A DNA stretch of 63,236 nucleotides, the filler included, from Octopus bimaculoides (taxonomy: Eukaryota), in NCBI RefSeq assembly GCF_001194135.2. It is 3 parts of 3 records of this genome, joined end to end, with 100 filler letters (N's around TTAATTAATTAA, not from the genome) between each part and the next. Parts side by side here need not be neighbours in the genome. Positions count along the whole stretch, not along the records: positions 1 to 29,600 come from NC_068993.1; positions 29,701 to 61,144 come from NC_068985.1; 1 more part is not named here. One strand, given 5' to 3'. The notes under the pieces are model-generated. The model worked only from the letters and a program-made list of their open reading frames with translations. It was not told the DNA's origin and did not search any database. The position numbers were made by a program, and so were the translations under genes. The stretch's first letter is position 1. Each line of letters opens with the position of its first letter. Shown piece by piece: positions 24,861 to 36,172 of the stretch.

Positions 24861-25246
24861 CATTTCCCGTCTTCTTATGTTCTACTTTCACTTTTATCTA
24901 ATAGCATATCTTCTAATTGTAATCTCTCATGTATAAACTAACATGCAACTATCCATAAGTGTGTGTATGTCAGTGTATGTAATGTGCATTTGTATGTGTG
25001 TGTGTATGGTCGTGTATGTGTTCTTTGCATATGTATGAATGGGTGTATGTATTTTTATATGTGCATATGAGTGGATCTTTACACCACTTGACTGCATTTG
25101 TAGTCAGGGGAGGGGCAACAATTACCCTTTTACATACCCTTATTACATACAAAGTGCTCAGAGCATCATATAAGAATATATACATATATGCAAGCATGCA
25201 TCATGCGCACACACACACACACCCATATACATATATATATTATATA

Positions 25247-25301
<55 letters not shown>

Positions 25302-25687
25302 NNNNNNNNNNNNNNNNNNNNNNNNNNNNNNNNNNNNNNNNNNNNNNNNNNNNNNNNNNNNNNNNNNNNNNNNNNNNNNNNNNNNNNNNNNNNNNNNNNN
25401 NNNNNNNNNNNNNNNNNNNNNNNNNNNNNNNNNNNNNNNNNNNNNNNNNNNNNNNNNNNNNNNNNNNNNNNNNNNNNNNNNNNNNNNNNNNNNNNNNNNN
25501 NNNNNNNNNNNNNNNNNNNNNNNNNNNNNNNNNNNNNNNNNNNNNNNNNNNNNNNNNNNNNNNNNNNNNNNNNNNNNNNNNNNNNNNNNNNNNNNNNNNN
25601 NNNNNNNNNNNNNNNNNNNNNNNNNNNNNNNNNNNNNNNNNNNNNNNNNNNNNNNNNNNNNNNNNNNNNNNNNNNNNNNNNNNNNNT

Positions 25688-26270
25688 GGATGCCCTTCCT
25701 AATGCCAACCACTCCGAGCATGTAGTGGGTGCTTTTACATACCACCGGCACAAAGGCCAGTCAGGTGATACTGGCAATGGCCACGCTCAAAATGGTGTAT
25801 TTTACGTACCATCTGCACAAGAGCCAGTCCAGCGGTACTGGCAATGACCTCGCTCGAATGCTTTTTCATGTGCCACTGGCAAAAGTGCCAGTGAGGCGAC
25901 GCTGGTAATGGTCATGCTCAAATGGAGCTATTTATGTGCCACTGGCATGGAAGCCAGACAGCTGCTCTGGCAATGATCTCACTCAGACGGTGCTCTTAGT
26001 GCTTCACTGGTATAGGTGCCATCACGATTTCGATTTCACTTGCCCCAACAGGTCTTTGCAAGCAGAGTTTAGTGTCCAATGAAGGAGAGGTTGGTATGGC
26101 TGCCAGTCATCGAATTTGGTTCGATTTCGATTTCACTTGCCCCAACAGGTCTTCGCAAGCCGAGTTTAGTGTCCAATGAAGGAGAGGTTGGTATGGGTGC
26201 CAGTCGTCAAATTTGGTTCGATTTCGATTTCACTTGCCTCAACAGGTGCTTTTTATGTGCCATTGGCATA
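25688..26270 (-). mobile_element. Family C composite element with 60-bp modules and a 97-bp tandem repeat (about 2.3 copies)
   Basis: 25688-26020 is collinear with 9520-9855. CGATTTCGATTTCACTTGCC recurs at 26025, 26122 and 26219 (period 97). Confidence 0.85.
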
Positions 26271-26699
26271 CACACACATATATATATACACACATATACA
26301 TACACACACACACGCACACACACACACATATATATAAAGTGGGTGATGGGCAGAACTGCTTGAGAATCAGATAGATTACTTGCAGCATTTGTTCCTGTTC
26401 TCTACACCCAAGTTTCAATTCCTGCTGAGGTCAACTTTGCCTTTCATCCAATTGAGGGTTGATAGATATAGTACCAGTCTAGTACTGGGGCCAATTCTTG
26501 TTTTTCTCTCAATCTTTCAGTCTATCTGACTTTTCCTCACTTGGAAGAAATCTGCTGTCAGAACAGAAAGCAGGATGGCAGGAATTAGCAAGTCTAAAAA
26601 TACTTATGACTTGTCATAAGCATTTATGACACACCACTATGACTCCATTAAGTAGTTGACAGCCCAAGGTAAGCCATATATGCATATATATTGATATAT

Positions 26700-27305
26700 C
26701 ATCATCATCATCATCATTATTTAATGTCTGTTTTCCATGCTGGTATGGGTTAGATAATTTGACATGGAGCTAGCCAGCTAGGGAGCTGTCCAAATCCAAT
26801 TGTCTGTTGTAGCATGGTTTCTATAGATGGATGCCATTCCTAATGCCAACCACCTTACAGAGTGTACTGGGTGCTTTTTGCATTAAATTTGCTTGACAAG
26901 TACATGGTTTTTGGTTCAGTCCCACTGCATGCCATCTTGGGAAAATATCTTCAAATATTTCCCTTGGCCGATCAAAGCCTTGTGAGTGGATTTGTTAGGC
27001 AGAAACTGAAAGAAGCCTATAATATATTTATATAAGTATATGTGTGTGCATGTGGGTATATTTGTGTGAGTGTGATTTTGACTTAGCATTGGATGACAAT
27101 TGTAAAGGAGTGCCACTGTCATACAAGCAGTGTCATTCATTTCTAATATTGTGTGAAAACATATCTGAATATTGAGAAATATTACCATGCTTGAAAACAG
27201 GTGAGGGTTGATGACAAGAAAGGCATCTTGCCATAAAAAACCCGCCTCAAAAATCTCTGTCCAACCAATGGAAGCATGGAAAATTGGACACTGAAATGAC
27301 AATGA
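26700..27305. mobile_element. Family C tail (-) followed by family B-related SINE (+)
   Basis: (CAT)n-TTTAATGTCTGTTTTCCATGC at 26700; GGTTCAGTCCCACTGC...CTTGTGAGTGGATTTG at 26912-26995; the tail is shared with 18590-18715 and 16570-16640. Confidence 0.7.
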
Positions 27306-28055
27306 CTATATATATATATATANNNNNNNNNNNNNNNNNNNNNNNNNNNNNNNNNNNNNNNNNNNNNNNNNNNNNNNNNNNNNNNNNNNNNNNNNNNNNN
27401 NNNNNNNNNNNNNNNNNNNNNNNNNNNNNNNNNNNNNNNNNNNNNNNNNNNNNNNNNNNNNNNNNNNNNNNNNNNNNNNNNNNNNNNNNNNNNNNNNNNN
27501 NNNNNNNNNNNNNNNNNNNNNNNNNNNNNNNNNNNNNNNNNNNNNNNNNNNNNNNNNNNNNNNNNNNNNNNNNNNNNNNNNNNNNNNNNNNNNNNNNNNN
27601 NNNNNNNNNNNNNNNNNNNNNNNNNNNNNNNNNNNNNNNNNNNNNNNNNNNNNNNNNNNNNNNNNNNNNNNNNNNNNNNNNNNNNNNNNNNNNNNNNNNN
27701 NNNNNNNNNNNNNNNNNNNNNNNNNNNNNNNNNNNNNNNNNNNNNNNNNNNNNNNNNNNNNNNNNNNNNNNNNNNNNNNNNNNNNNNNNNNNNNNNNNNN
27801 NNNNNNNNNNNNNNNNNNNNNNNNNNNNNNNNNNNNNNNNNNNNNNNNNNNNNNNNNNNNNNNNNNNNNNNNNNNNNNNNNNNNNNNNNNNNNNNNNNNN
27901 NNNNNNNNNNNNNNNNNNNNNNNNNNNNNNNNNNNNNNNNNNNNNNNNNNNNNNNNNNNNNNNNNNNNNNNNNNNNNNNNNNNNNNNNNNNNNNNNNNNN
28001 NNNNNNNNNNNNNNNNNNNNNNNNNNNNNNNNNNNNNNNNNNNNNNNNNNNNNNN

Positions 28056-28121
<66 letters not shown>

Positions 28122-28194
28122 ATGTATATTATATATATATATGCATGTTTGTATGCATGTATATTATATATATACTTTATATATATATAGTCTG

Positions 28195-28875
28195 TGCGAT
28201 GAAATTAGACATCACACAACTAAGGACTCCAAAAGAAAATAACAAGGAACATACTATTCCATTTATTAATACACACAAACCTGGAATAACCAATATTTTC
28301 CATGTTATACAATTAAACCTATCATTACTCTTATAGAGCACCAAAATGAGAAATCTGATAGATAAAAGCTATCTATGAAATAGTAAATGCCAAAGAAAAA
28401 AAAAATAACCTTAAAAAAATAACACAGAAGGGCAAAATTCACATCAGAGAATGAAACAGAATTCTCCATAAAAGAATGTGGAGATAGAAGATGTGGAATA
28501 TGCAACAGCAGCAATAACTTCAAATATATAGATGGTGACACCCATATAAAATTTAAGAGTGGATTCTCATTCAACGTAAATGCAAATAAGAACTGCAAGA
28601 CACAAAATCTCATTTACTGCATTACTTGCCCCAAATTCAAGGAAAATTATATTGGTGAAAACAATAATTCCCTTTGCCAACACACAAGAATCCACAGACA
28701 GCAAATCTGACATGAGGAACTATGGAAAATTTCACAGAGCAAATGTTTGGAAATATGTAGATAAGGAAAATTCAAGATCTTTCCCTTCTATAAATGCTCA
28801 AGGAATGGCTCAAACTTCCAAAAGACAATGGAACTATATTTCATAAAGAAGTTCTCGCCAAAGTTAAATGGTTGA
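28195..28875 (+). pseudogene. Penelope-like element (Neptune-type) linker, Cys cluster and GIY-YIG endonuclease
   Basis: 28441-28875 in one frame: FSIKECGDRRCGIC...FKSGFSFNVNANKNCKTQNLIYCITCPKFKENYIGENNNSLCQHTRIHRQQI*...FKIFPFYK...ELYFIKKFSPKLNG*. Upstream is LDITQLRTPKE...IPFINTHKP. The Neptune assignment rests on the CxxxxCxxC cluster before the LIY...YIG motif. Confidence 0.85.
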
Positions 28876-29519
28876 TTTGGAAATATGTGGATAAGGAAAA
28901 TCTAAGGAACGCAGATCATATTTATGATTTTTTAAAGAAATTCAGATTATGTTTATAACTGAGAAACACTATCCCACACTTAGACTTATTTCAGATTGTA
29001 TTTAAAATCATACCTATTCTTACTTTAAAATCACTCTTTTAAAAACAGCCATAAAACTGCTAAATCAAAAACAATATCTGGAATTTTAATCAAAAAAATT
29101 TGACCACATCCATACACCCATTCTCTCCCCCCTTACATTAATGAATACCAAAGAATTTAAAAAAAAAGCAAGACCTTGAAATGTAATTATAATTCTTACT
29201 GGAGAAAATCAAAAACAAGATCTGGTTTTCTAATTAAAAATCTTGACCACTTGAATACAAAAAATTCCTTTCCTTCCCCACCCAAAAGGTCACTAAAAAG
29301 GGAAAAAAACAACATACTGAATCCTTAATCAAGCAAGTTTGACCACATTGATACAAAAGCCATGCCTCCTTTACCTTCCCCTTACTCACAAACATTTTTT
29401 TGATAAATCCAATAATGGAAGAAAACACTGAAAATGTAAATATAAATATATATAATCATCCAGCATTCTGTCTACCTTGTTATTATCAATATACAATACC
29501 TGTACATCACTTCAAAAAC

Positions 29520-29521
29520 TT

Positions 29522-29600
<79 letters not shown>
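29520..29600. repeat. (CT)n microsatellite
   Basis: Direct inspection; ends at a gap. Confidence 0.95.
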
Positions 29601-29700
29601 NNNNNNNNNNNNNNNNNNNNNNNNNNNNNNNNNNNNNNNNNNNNTTAATTAATTAANNNNNNNNNNNNNNNNNNNNNNNNNNNNNNNNNNNNNNNNNNNN

Positions 29701-30786
29701 GGAGCATACTGGCTTCATTCCTTGCGAGCCTACGCATGTCCTCAGCAGTCACGGCCCATGTTTCACTGCCATGAAGCATGGCTGTTCGTACACATGCGTC
29801 ATACAATCTGCCTTTTACTCTGAGAGAGAGACCCTTTGTCGCCAGCAGAGGTAAGAGCTCTGTGAACTTTGCCCAGGCTATTCTAATTCTAGCAGCTACG
29901 CTTTCAGTGCACCCACCTCCACTGCTAATTTGGTCACCAAGATAGCGGTAGCTATCAACCACTTCTAGTTTTTCTCCCTGGAATGTGGCAGAAGTAGTTT
30001 TCTGCACATTCCCAGTATTTATAGCTCCAGAACATCTGCTGCAAACAAAAACTAACTTCCTAGTTAACCTTCCTTTGATATTGCTGCACCTCTTATGTGT
30101 CCATAGCTTGCACTGGGTGCATCTTATAGAGTTACTTCCCACTCCTTTTCTACAGATCGAGCAGGTTTGTGTTTTGCCTGCCTTCCTACTTATGAGGACT
30201 TTGGTTTTAGCTAGGTTGACTCTAAGGCCCTTCGATGCTAGTCCTTGCTTCCATACCTGAAACTTCTCCTCTAATTGTGATAGTGATTCAGCAATTAGTG
30301 CAAGGTCATCAGCATAGAGGAGCTCCCAGGGGCATTCTGTCTTGAATTCCTCTGTTATAGCCTGGAGAACTATGATAAATAGGAGGGGGCTGAGGACAGA
30401 ACCTTGGTGGACCCCTACCTCCACCCGGAATTCTTCACTGTACTCTCTTCCAACCCTCACCTTACTGACAGTGTTTCTGTACATGGCTCGCACAGCTCTC
30501 ACTAACCACTCATCTATCCCTAGTTTCCTCATTGACCACTAAATAAGAGATCGGGGGACCCTGTCAAAGGCTTTCTCCATATCAACGAAAGCCAGGAACA
30601 GAGGTTTATCCTTGGCTAGGTATTTCTCCTGAAGTTGTCTTACCAGAAATATAGCATCAATGGTGCTTTTCCCAGGCACGAACCCAAACTGCATCTCATC
30701 TAAACTGACTCGCTCCCTAAGCAGTTGAGCTATGACCCTCTCCGTGACTTTCATTACCTGATCTAAAAGCTTGATACCTCTGTAAT
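29701..30786 (-). pseudogene. RTE-clade LINE reverse transcriptase fragment, 5'-truncated, one premature stop, 3' end lost in gap
   Basis: Continuous frame YRGIKLL...QFGFVPGKST...FVDMEKAFDRVPR...GVHQGSVLSPLLF...LLYADDL (YADD 30305-30316)...YRYLG...RLYDACVRTAMLHGSETW. The ORF-track entries 30539-30754 and 29645-30532 are in frame, split only by TAG at 30539-30541 (probably from TGG). Confidence 0.95.
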
Positions 30787-30928
30787 ATGTATTTATACTA
30801 TTTCCTTTTGTGTATCACATTTAAGTTTAATGCCTTTTAGGTACATGGCATTTCATTATATAAAGTATATTAAATGTTTTATAAGTCAACACCACGTCCT
30901 ACTACGTTAGAAGTTCATTTTACACTAT

Positions 30929-31194
30929 TCTACAGAAATTATAACCAGCACTCATTTTTCGCTACAACGTTTCGTATTGAGACATTAGATGTCTCATTTG
31001 AGACGTTAGACAATGAGATCGAAGACGAAAATGGTTAATGAATGTATATGCCATATACCGGATGGGGTTGTACTCCGTTATTAGTGTTTTACATTATCCG
31101 TTTGAGGTTTTTCTACAGATATACTATAGAATATTCCAATTTACATATTAATCGCATTGTACAAAAAATCAGGGCTGGCTATAATTTCTGTAGA
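30929..31194. mobile_element. Possible MITE (21-bp inverted repeats, 1 mismatch)
   Basis: TCTACAGAAATTATAACCAGC (30929-30949) versus GCTGGCTATAATTTCTGTAGA (31174-31194); no target-site duplication identified. Confidence 0.45.
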
Positions 31195-31334
31195 TTATCT
31201 GTAGAAATAACCTTTACAGAATAATCTAGAAAGCACTGAAATTACGCCAACTGTAGAAACCTGTTGCACTGAGAGGTGCGTAAGTGTCTCATCAATGGGC
31301 AAAAATCAAACTGATTTCGTGATTTAGTGCTAAT

Positions 31335-31452
31335 TTAACTGATTGAACTGGAGAAACGTAGAAAGAAATGTTCTGTTCAAGAACACAAAGTAACGCCAGT
31401 CTCAGAATGGAAACTACGATCTTATGATTGCAAATGTATCCCCCTAACTCTC
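31335..31452 (-). mobile_element. Family G SINE head fragment
   Basis: The reverse complement aligns with 3990-4100. Confidence 0.5.
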
Positions 31453-33208
31453 TCTCTATATATATATATACATATGTTCATGTATATATGTGTGTATTCT
31501 CATTGATGTATGTGTGTATGTATGTATGTATGTATGTATAGTGCGAGAGGACTTGAAATACAAACTTAGTCACACATATCGATGGAACGATATGTGTGAC
31601 ATGACAATCTTGATGGAACGGGGAACTTATGAAATGGATCGATGGTTTCGCACCAGAAGCCATTCTTTGGTTCAATTTGGCAAACGACTTTATTCTTGAT
31701 AAGTAGTACCGTTGATAAGAGCGATAATTACGTTATACACATTTTAATTGGCGCAGAATAGATAACTAATATCCTTTCTTCGGTAAATAGATACTATTCT
31801 GATTTCTTAAAATAATTTTTGGCATGCCAGTCTTCGTTATGAGTTACTTGCTCTTGTTTACCACATAGTCTTAAACGTATGATATATCATCTGGAATTTG
31901 CGTCTAAAATAAATACATAGATGCAACAGTTCTGAAATGACAAAAACGCATAGAGTCATCTTTTCTATTCTATCTCTTTTCAGTAAACACAGTATATTCG
32001 ATATAGATCAATATAAGTTAAAGAAATGACCGACAATGCATTGTTACAAATAGATTTTCCTTAAGAGAAGCGGATATAATAATACAAATCTCTCTTTGAG
32101 CTACAATCCTTTACCAAATTATTCTCTTGGGAACGAATACGGAGCACGAAAAGATGGTAATCAATCACTTTAAGAAGGAAAAAGTAACGTTACTTATTTA
32201 TGTTCAGAGAGACAGAAGACTAGACACTGGTGACTGCTATTCACAAATAAATGTTTAGTAGTCCCATTAGGATCTAAATGAGCCAGGCTTGTAAAGAAAG
32301 ATTACAAAAAAAATATATTTTGTTGCACTCACGCATACTATATATGTATATATATATAGATATGCAGGGCAGGGAATCGCCAATCAGAAATATCGCTATC
32401 AATTTAGAGTAATAATTTGTAGTTTTGGAATCAGTAGTTCTTTGGCTGCTATTTCTGAATTCTCAGTATGTTGGAGAAGCAGGTTACTGTCAATCCCTAT
32501 ATATTTATGATTATATATATATATATATATATNNNNNNNNNNNNNNNNNNNNNNNNNNNNNNNNNNNNNNNNNNNNNNNNNNNNNNNNNNNNNNCACACA
32601 CACACACACAAACGCAAATAAATATGCGTATTTTAGTTATGTATTATATGGAAATTCTTAAACAAAATTTATTTCTTTACCTGAAAGCAAAAATAAATAT
32701 TTTGTTATTTTATTCAAACTCAGGTGACAACATTTAGACATGAATTTTTAGAAAGTTGTTTACGGAAAAATTATGAATGCATTAACTATCTCTGCGCATT
32801 AACAATTCATGCTTTTCTGCTGTTTAATAAAACATATACCGCATTTAATCTCACTGTAATTCGGATTCTAATGATGTAAGGTAAAACAAATATTAATACT
32901 GTATTCAGTGTTAAGTAATAAAGGGATTACAATATGTTGCATTTAGAAATAGATGTCAAATAAAATATTTACATACCAAGAATGTCCCATATAATGACGT
33001 TTAAATATCAGGGGGATTTACAGTTATAAAATAACTATTCACAATAAAATAACACTACAATTTTCAAATTAACGCAGATGTATTACTGTAATTGGCCTAT
33101 ACTATGACGATGAATCGTAATATCAGCACGGCATTAAATATTCATATTCTACTCTTACTTGGTTCAAACAGGTTTACTGCATCAGGAAAACAAAACAATA
33201 TTGTGTGC

Positions 33209-33253
<45 letters not shown>

Positions 33254-33344
33254 GGTGTGAGTGTGTATGTGTGTGTGTGTAGCAACATGTCAATTGTAGG
33301 CGATTTTTTTTCCTCCGTCTTCCTTTTCTACTAGACGTTCATCT

Positions 33345-33379
33345 GTTTCTGATGATGAGCTTTGCTCGAAGCGTTAAAC
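33345..33379 (+). ncRNA. Minimal hammerhead ribozyme motif with one core substitution
   Basis: GTTT-CTGATGA-T-GAGC-TTT-GCTC-GAAG-CGTT-AAAC: stem I GUUU/AAAC, stem II GAGC/GCUC, near-palindromic stem III; GAAG in place of GAAA. Confidence 0.65.
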
Positions 33380-33783
33380 CATATTTCTTNNNNNNNNNNN
33401 NNNNNNNNNNNNNNNNNNNNNNNNNNNNNNNNNNNNNNNNNNNNNNNNNNNNNNNNNNNNNNNNNNNNNNNNNNNNNNNNNNNNNNNNNNNNNNNNNNNN
33501 NNNNNNNNNNNNNNNNNNNNNNNNNNNNNNNNNNNNNNNNNNNNNNNNNNNNNNNNNNNNNNNNNNNNNNNNNNNNNNNNNNNNNNNNNNNNNNNNNNNN
33601 NNNNNNNNNNNNNNNNNNNNNNNNNNNNNNNNNNNNNNNNNNNNNNNNNNNNNNNNNNNNNNNNNNNNNNNNNNNNNNNNNNNNNNNNNNNNNNNNNNNN
33701 NNNNNNNNNNNNNNNNNNNNNNATATATTTCTGCCTTTAGGTTGTAAAATTGTGAATAAGCCATCCATACTAATTATGATATG

Positions 33784-33874
<91 letters not shown>

Positions 33875-34265
33875 ACACACACACACCATCATTGCTAGAA
33901 ATAAGAGTTTAAATGCTCTAATGCTGTACCACAAGCACGTAAATGAATACATGTATGCTTACGGAGCCTGCAATATCCAGAAAACACCAACTCAACAATT
34001 CCTTATTTCCTTATACTGAACGTTCACTTTCGGCTATTTCCGTAGTCTTTTCACTAAGGACTGCTCGCTCGGCTCATTCTGGGCTTAGTTTCCTGTCAGC
34101 AAACATGTATTTATCATCAAAAATTATGCACTAATGTGTATAAAGAAAATTAATACAAAACGCTAGGCACAGTTTGTTACAATAAAGGAAAAATATAGTT
34201 CTCATCATATGCGATTGTGTCAAGACACCTACATTCATATAAATAAGAGGTAAAATGTACTAACT

Positions 34266-34656
34266 TCTGACAAATGGTGTAAGCACTACACTGAGGTTGT
34301 AACTGAGGGAGAAAATATAACGATTACTTGGGACTGTCTAGTACACACAGTCAAAAGCATCAAAGCTAATAAATCGGATATTGTTGTAAAAGACAAAATC
34401 AATAATTTCTTTTTATTGATCGACGGGAGTATTCCTTCTGATCGTAATATCTCGGAAAAAGAATTTGGTAAACTGAGAAAATAAGATTTGCTGATTGAAT
34501 TCGAAAAATGTGGCATCTCAAGACGGTTACAATAACAATGATTGTAGGAGCACTTGGTATGATCAAAACAGGAACTGAAAATTACTTGGAAATGATCCTG
34601 GCTTATCATCCATGCAGGAAGTGCAAAAGATTGGTTTAACTAATATATCGCATCTA
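34266..34656 (+). pseudogene. R4/Dong-like restriction-like endonuclease fragment
   Basis: SDKWCKHYTEVVTEGENITITWD...IKANKSDIVVKDK...LLIDGSIPSDRNISEKEFGKL, then after frameshifts MWHLKTVTITMIVGALGMIK...EVQKI. Confidence 0.85.
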
Positions 34657-34971
34657 TTGTTTACTTGTCACTGCGAATTTTCGTTCCTCCATTCCGCTTT
34701 TTCGCTTCTTCCGTTATTTGCTTCAGTCATTTGACTATGGCTATGCTGGAGCACCGGAGTCATTTTGTTCCTCTTCTCTTTTTTTCTATATTTTGCTATT
34801 TTTTTTCCTTTTATCTTTTTTTTCCGTTTTCCCTCTATTTCTATTAGATAACTTGACGTCGTCAATGAACAATCTGGTGTTGTCTTTTGTTAATTTAACG
34901 GACTACCAATTGTTTGCCCTTGGTGTCAGGACGACACTCAGAAAGAAATGGAAATAAAATTTAGATGATAG

Positions 34972-35009
<38 letters not shown>

Positions 35010-35011
35010 AT

Positions 35012-35055
<44 letters not shown>

Positions 35056-35110
35056 TAATAATAATAATAATAACAACAACAACAACAACAATAACAACAA
35101 CAACAACAAC

Positions 35111-35141
<31 letters not shown>

Positions 35142-35265
35142 TAGGTATATAGACAGACAGATAGACAGACAGTCTCACATACAGGCAGACAGACAGACAG
35201 ACAGATAGATAGATAGATAGATAGATAGATATATAGATAGATAGATAGATAGATAGATAGACATA
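34972..35265. repeat. Compound microsatellite (TAC)n-(TAA)n-(CAA)n-(GAYA)n
   Basis: Direct inspection. Confidence 0.92.
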
Positions 35266-35271
35266 ATAAAT

Positions 35272-35512
35272 GCGCCGAGCTGGCAGAAATGTTAGCACAT
35301 CGGGCGAAATGCTTAGCGGTATTTCGTCTGCCGTTACCTACTGAGTTCAAATTCCGCCGAGGTCGACTTTGCCTTTCATCCTTTCGGGTGTCGATAAAAT
35401 AAGTACCAGTTACGCACTGGAGTCGATGTAATCGACTTAATCTCTTTGTCTATGCTTAACCCTCTATGTTAATCCCTCCATGTTTAACCCCTTGTGAGCA
35501 ATAAAGAAATAA
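35272..35512 (+). mobile_element. Family A SINE, full length, CpGs retained
   Basis: GCCGAGCTGGCAGAAATGTTAGCAC...GAGTTCAAATTCCGCCGAGGTCGAC...GCAATAAAGAAATAAG. Confidence 0.92.
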
Positions 35513-35532
35513 GATAGATAGATAGACAGATT

Positions 35533-35587
<55 letters not shown>

Positions 35588-36141
35588 GGATAGATAGATA
35601 GATATAACGGTGTGTATGTATGTTTCTATGTAGGTAGGTATGTATAAATGTGTATGTGGGTGTGAAAAACTACAATGTAACGACTTCTTTACTGGAAATA
35701 ACTTATGTTTCCAGATATACAAAATTTGAAATTTTTAAAGCGATTGCTTAACCGAATGTATGTTATTTGATTAGAAGTAAATATAGTTGAAGCCGGTATC
35801 GACCTACGCTTCAGAAGTATCTCTCACTCAGTTTCACGCCTACTTCACAGCCATCCAAATCCTCGCAGTGATAAATTGTACTTGAAATAAGTCAAAACTA
35901 TTACAGACTTACATATCTTGGAAATTATTGAAGTGAATATGTCAATGATTTACGTAAGTCACAAATACAAAGACGTCACGTCGAACAACAGAAGAAGCAG
36001 AGGAAAAAAAAACAGAACCAAAACTATCTTCAACATCCGAATCGTTACTAAATATTTCTAAAATATCAAAAGTGAAAGATTAGTTATATTTGGATGACCT
36101 CTGGTAAAGAAACACATACGCACACACACACAAACATGTGC

Positions 36142-36172
<31 letters not shown>

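Noticed and set aside
26025-26245. Regularly spaced 97-bp repeat, superficially CRISPR-like
   Set aside because: The whole unit repeats, with no unique spacers and no cas genes; eukaryotic retroposon context.
29645-29656. TTAATTAATTAA between two 44-N runs
   Set aside because: Artificial six-frame-stop spacer making a 100-bp join; the identical construct occurs at 61189-61200. Not biological.
30964-31000. Minus-strand ATGA-GACA-TCTAA-TGTC...GAAACGTT
   Set aside because: No CUGANGA, and extra bases before GAAA; too degenerate to call a hammerhead.
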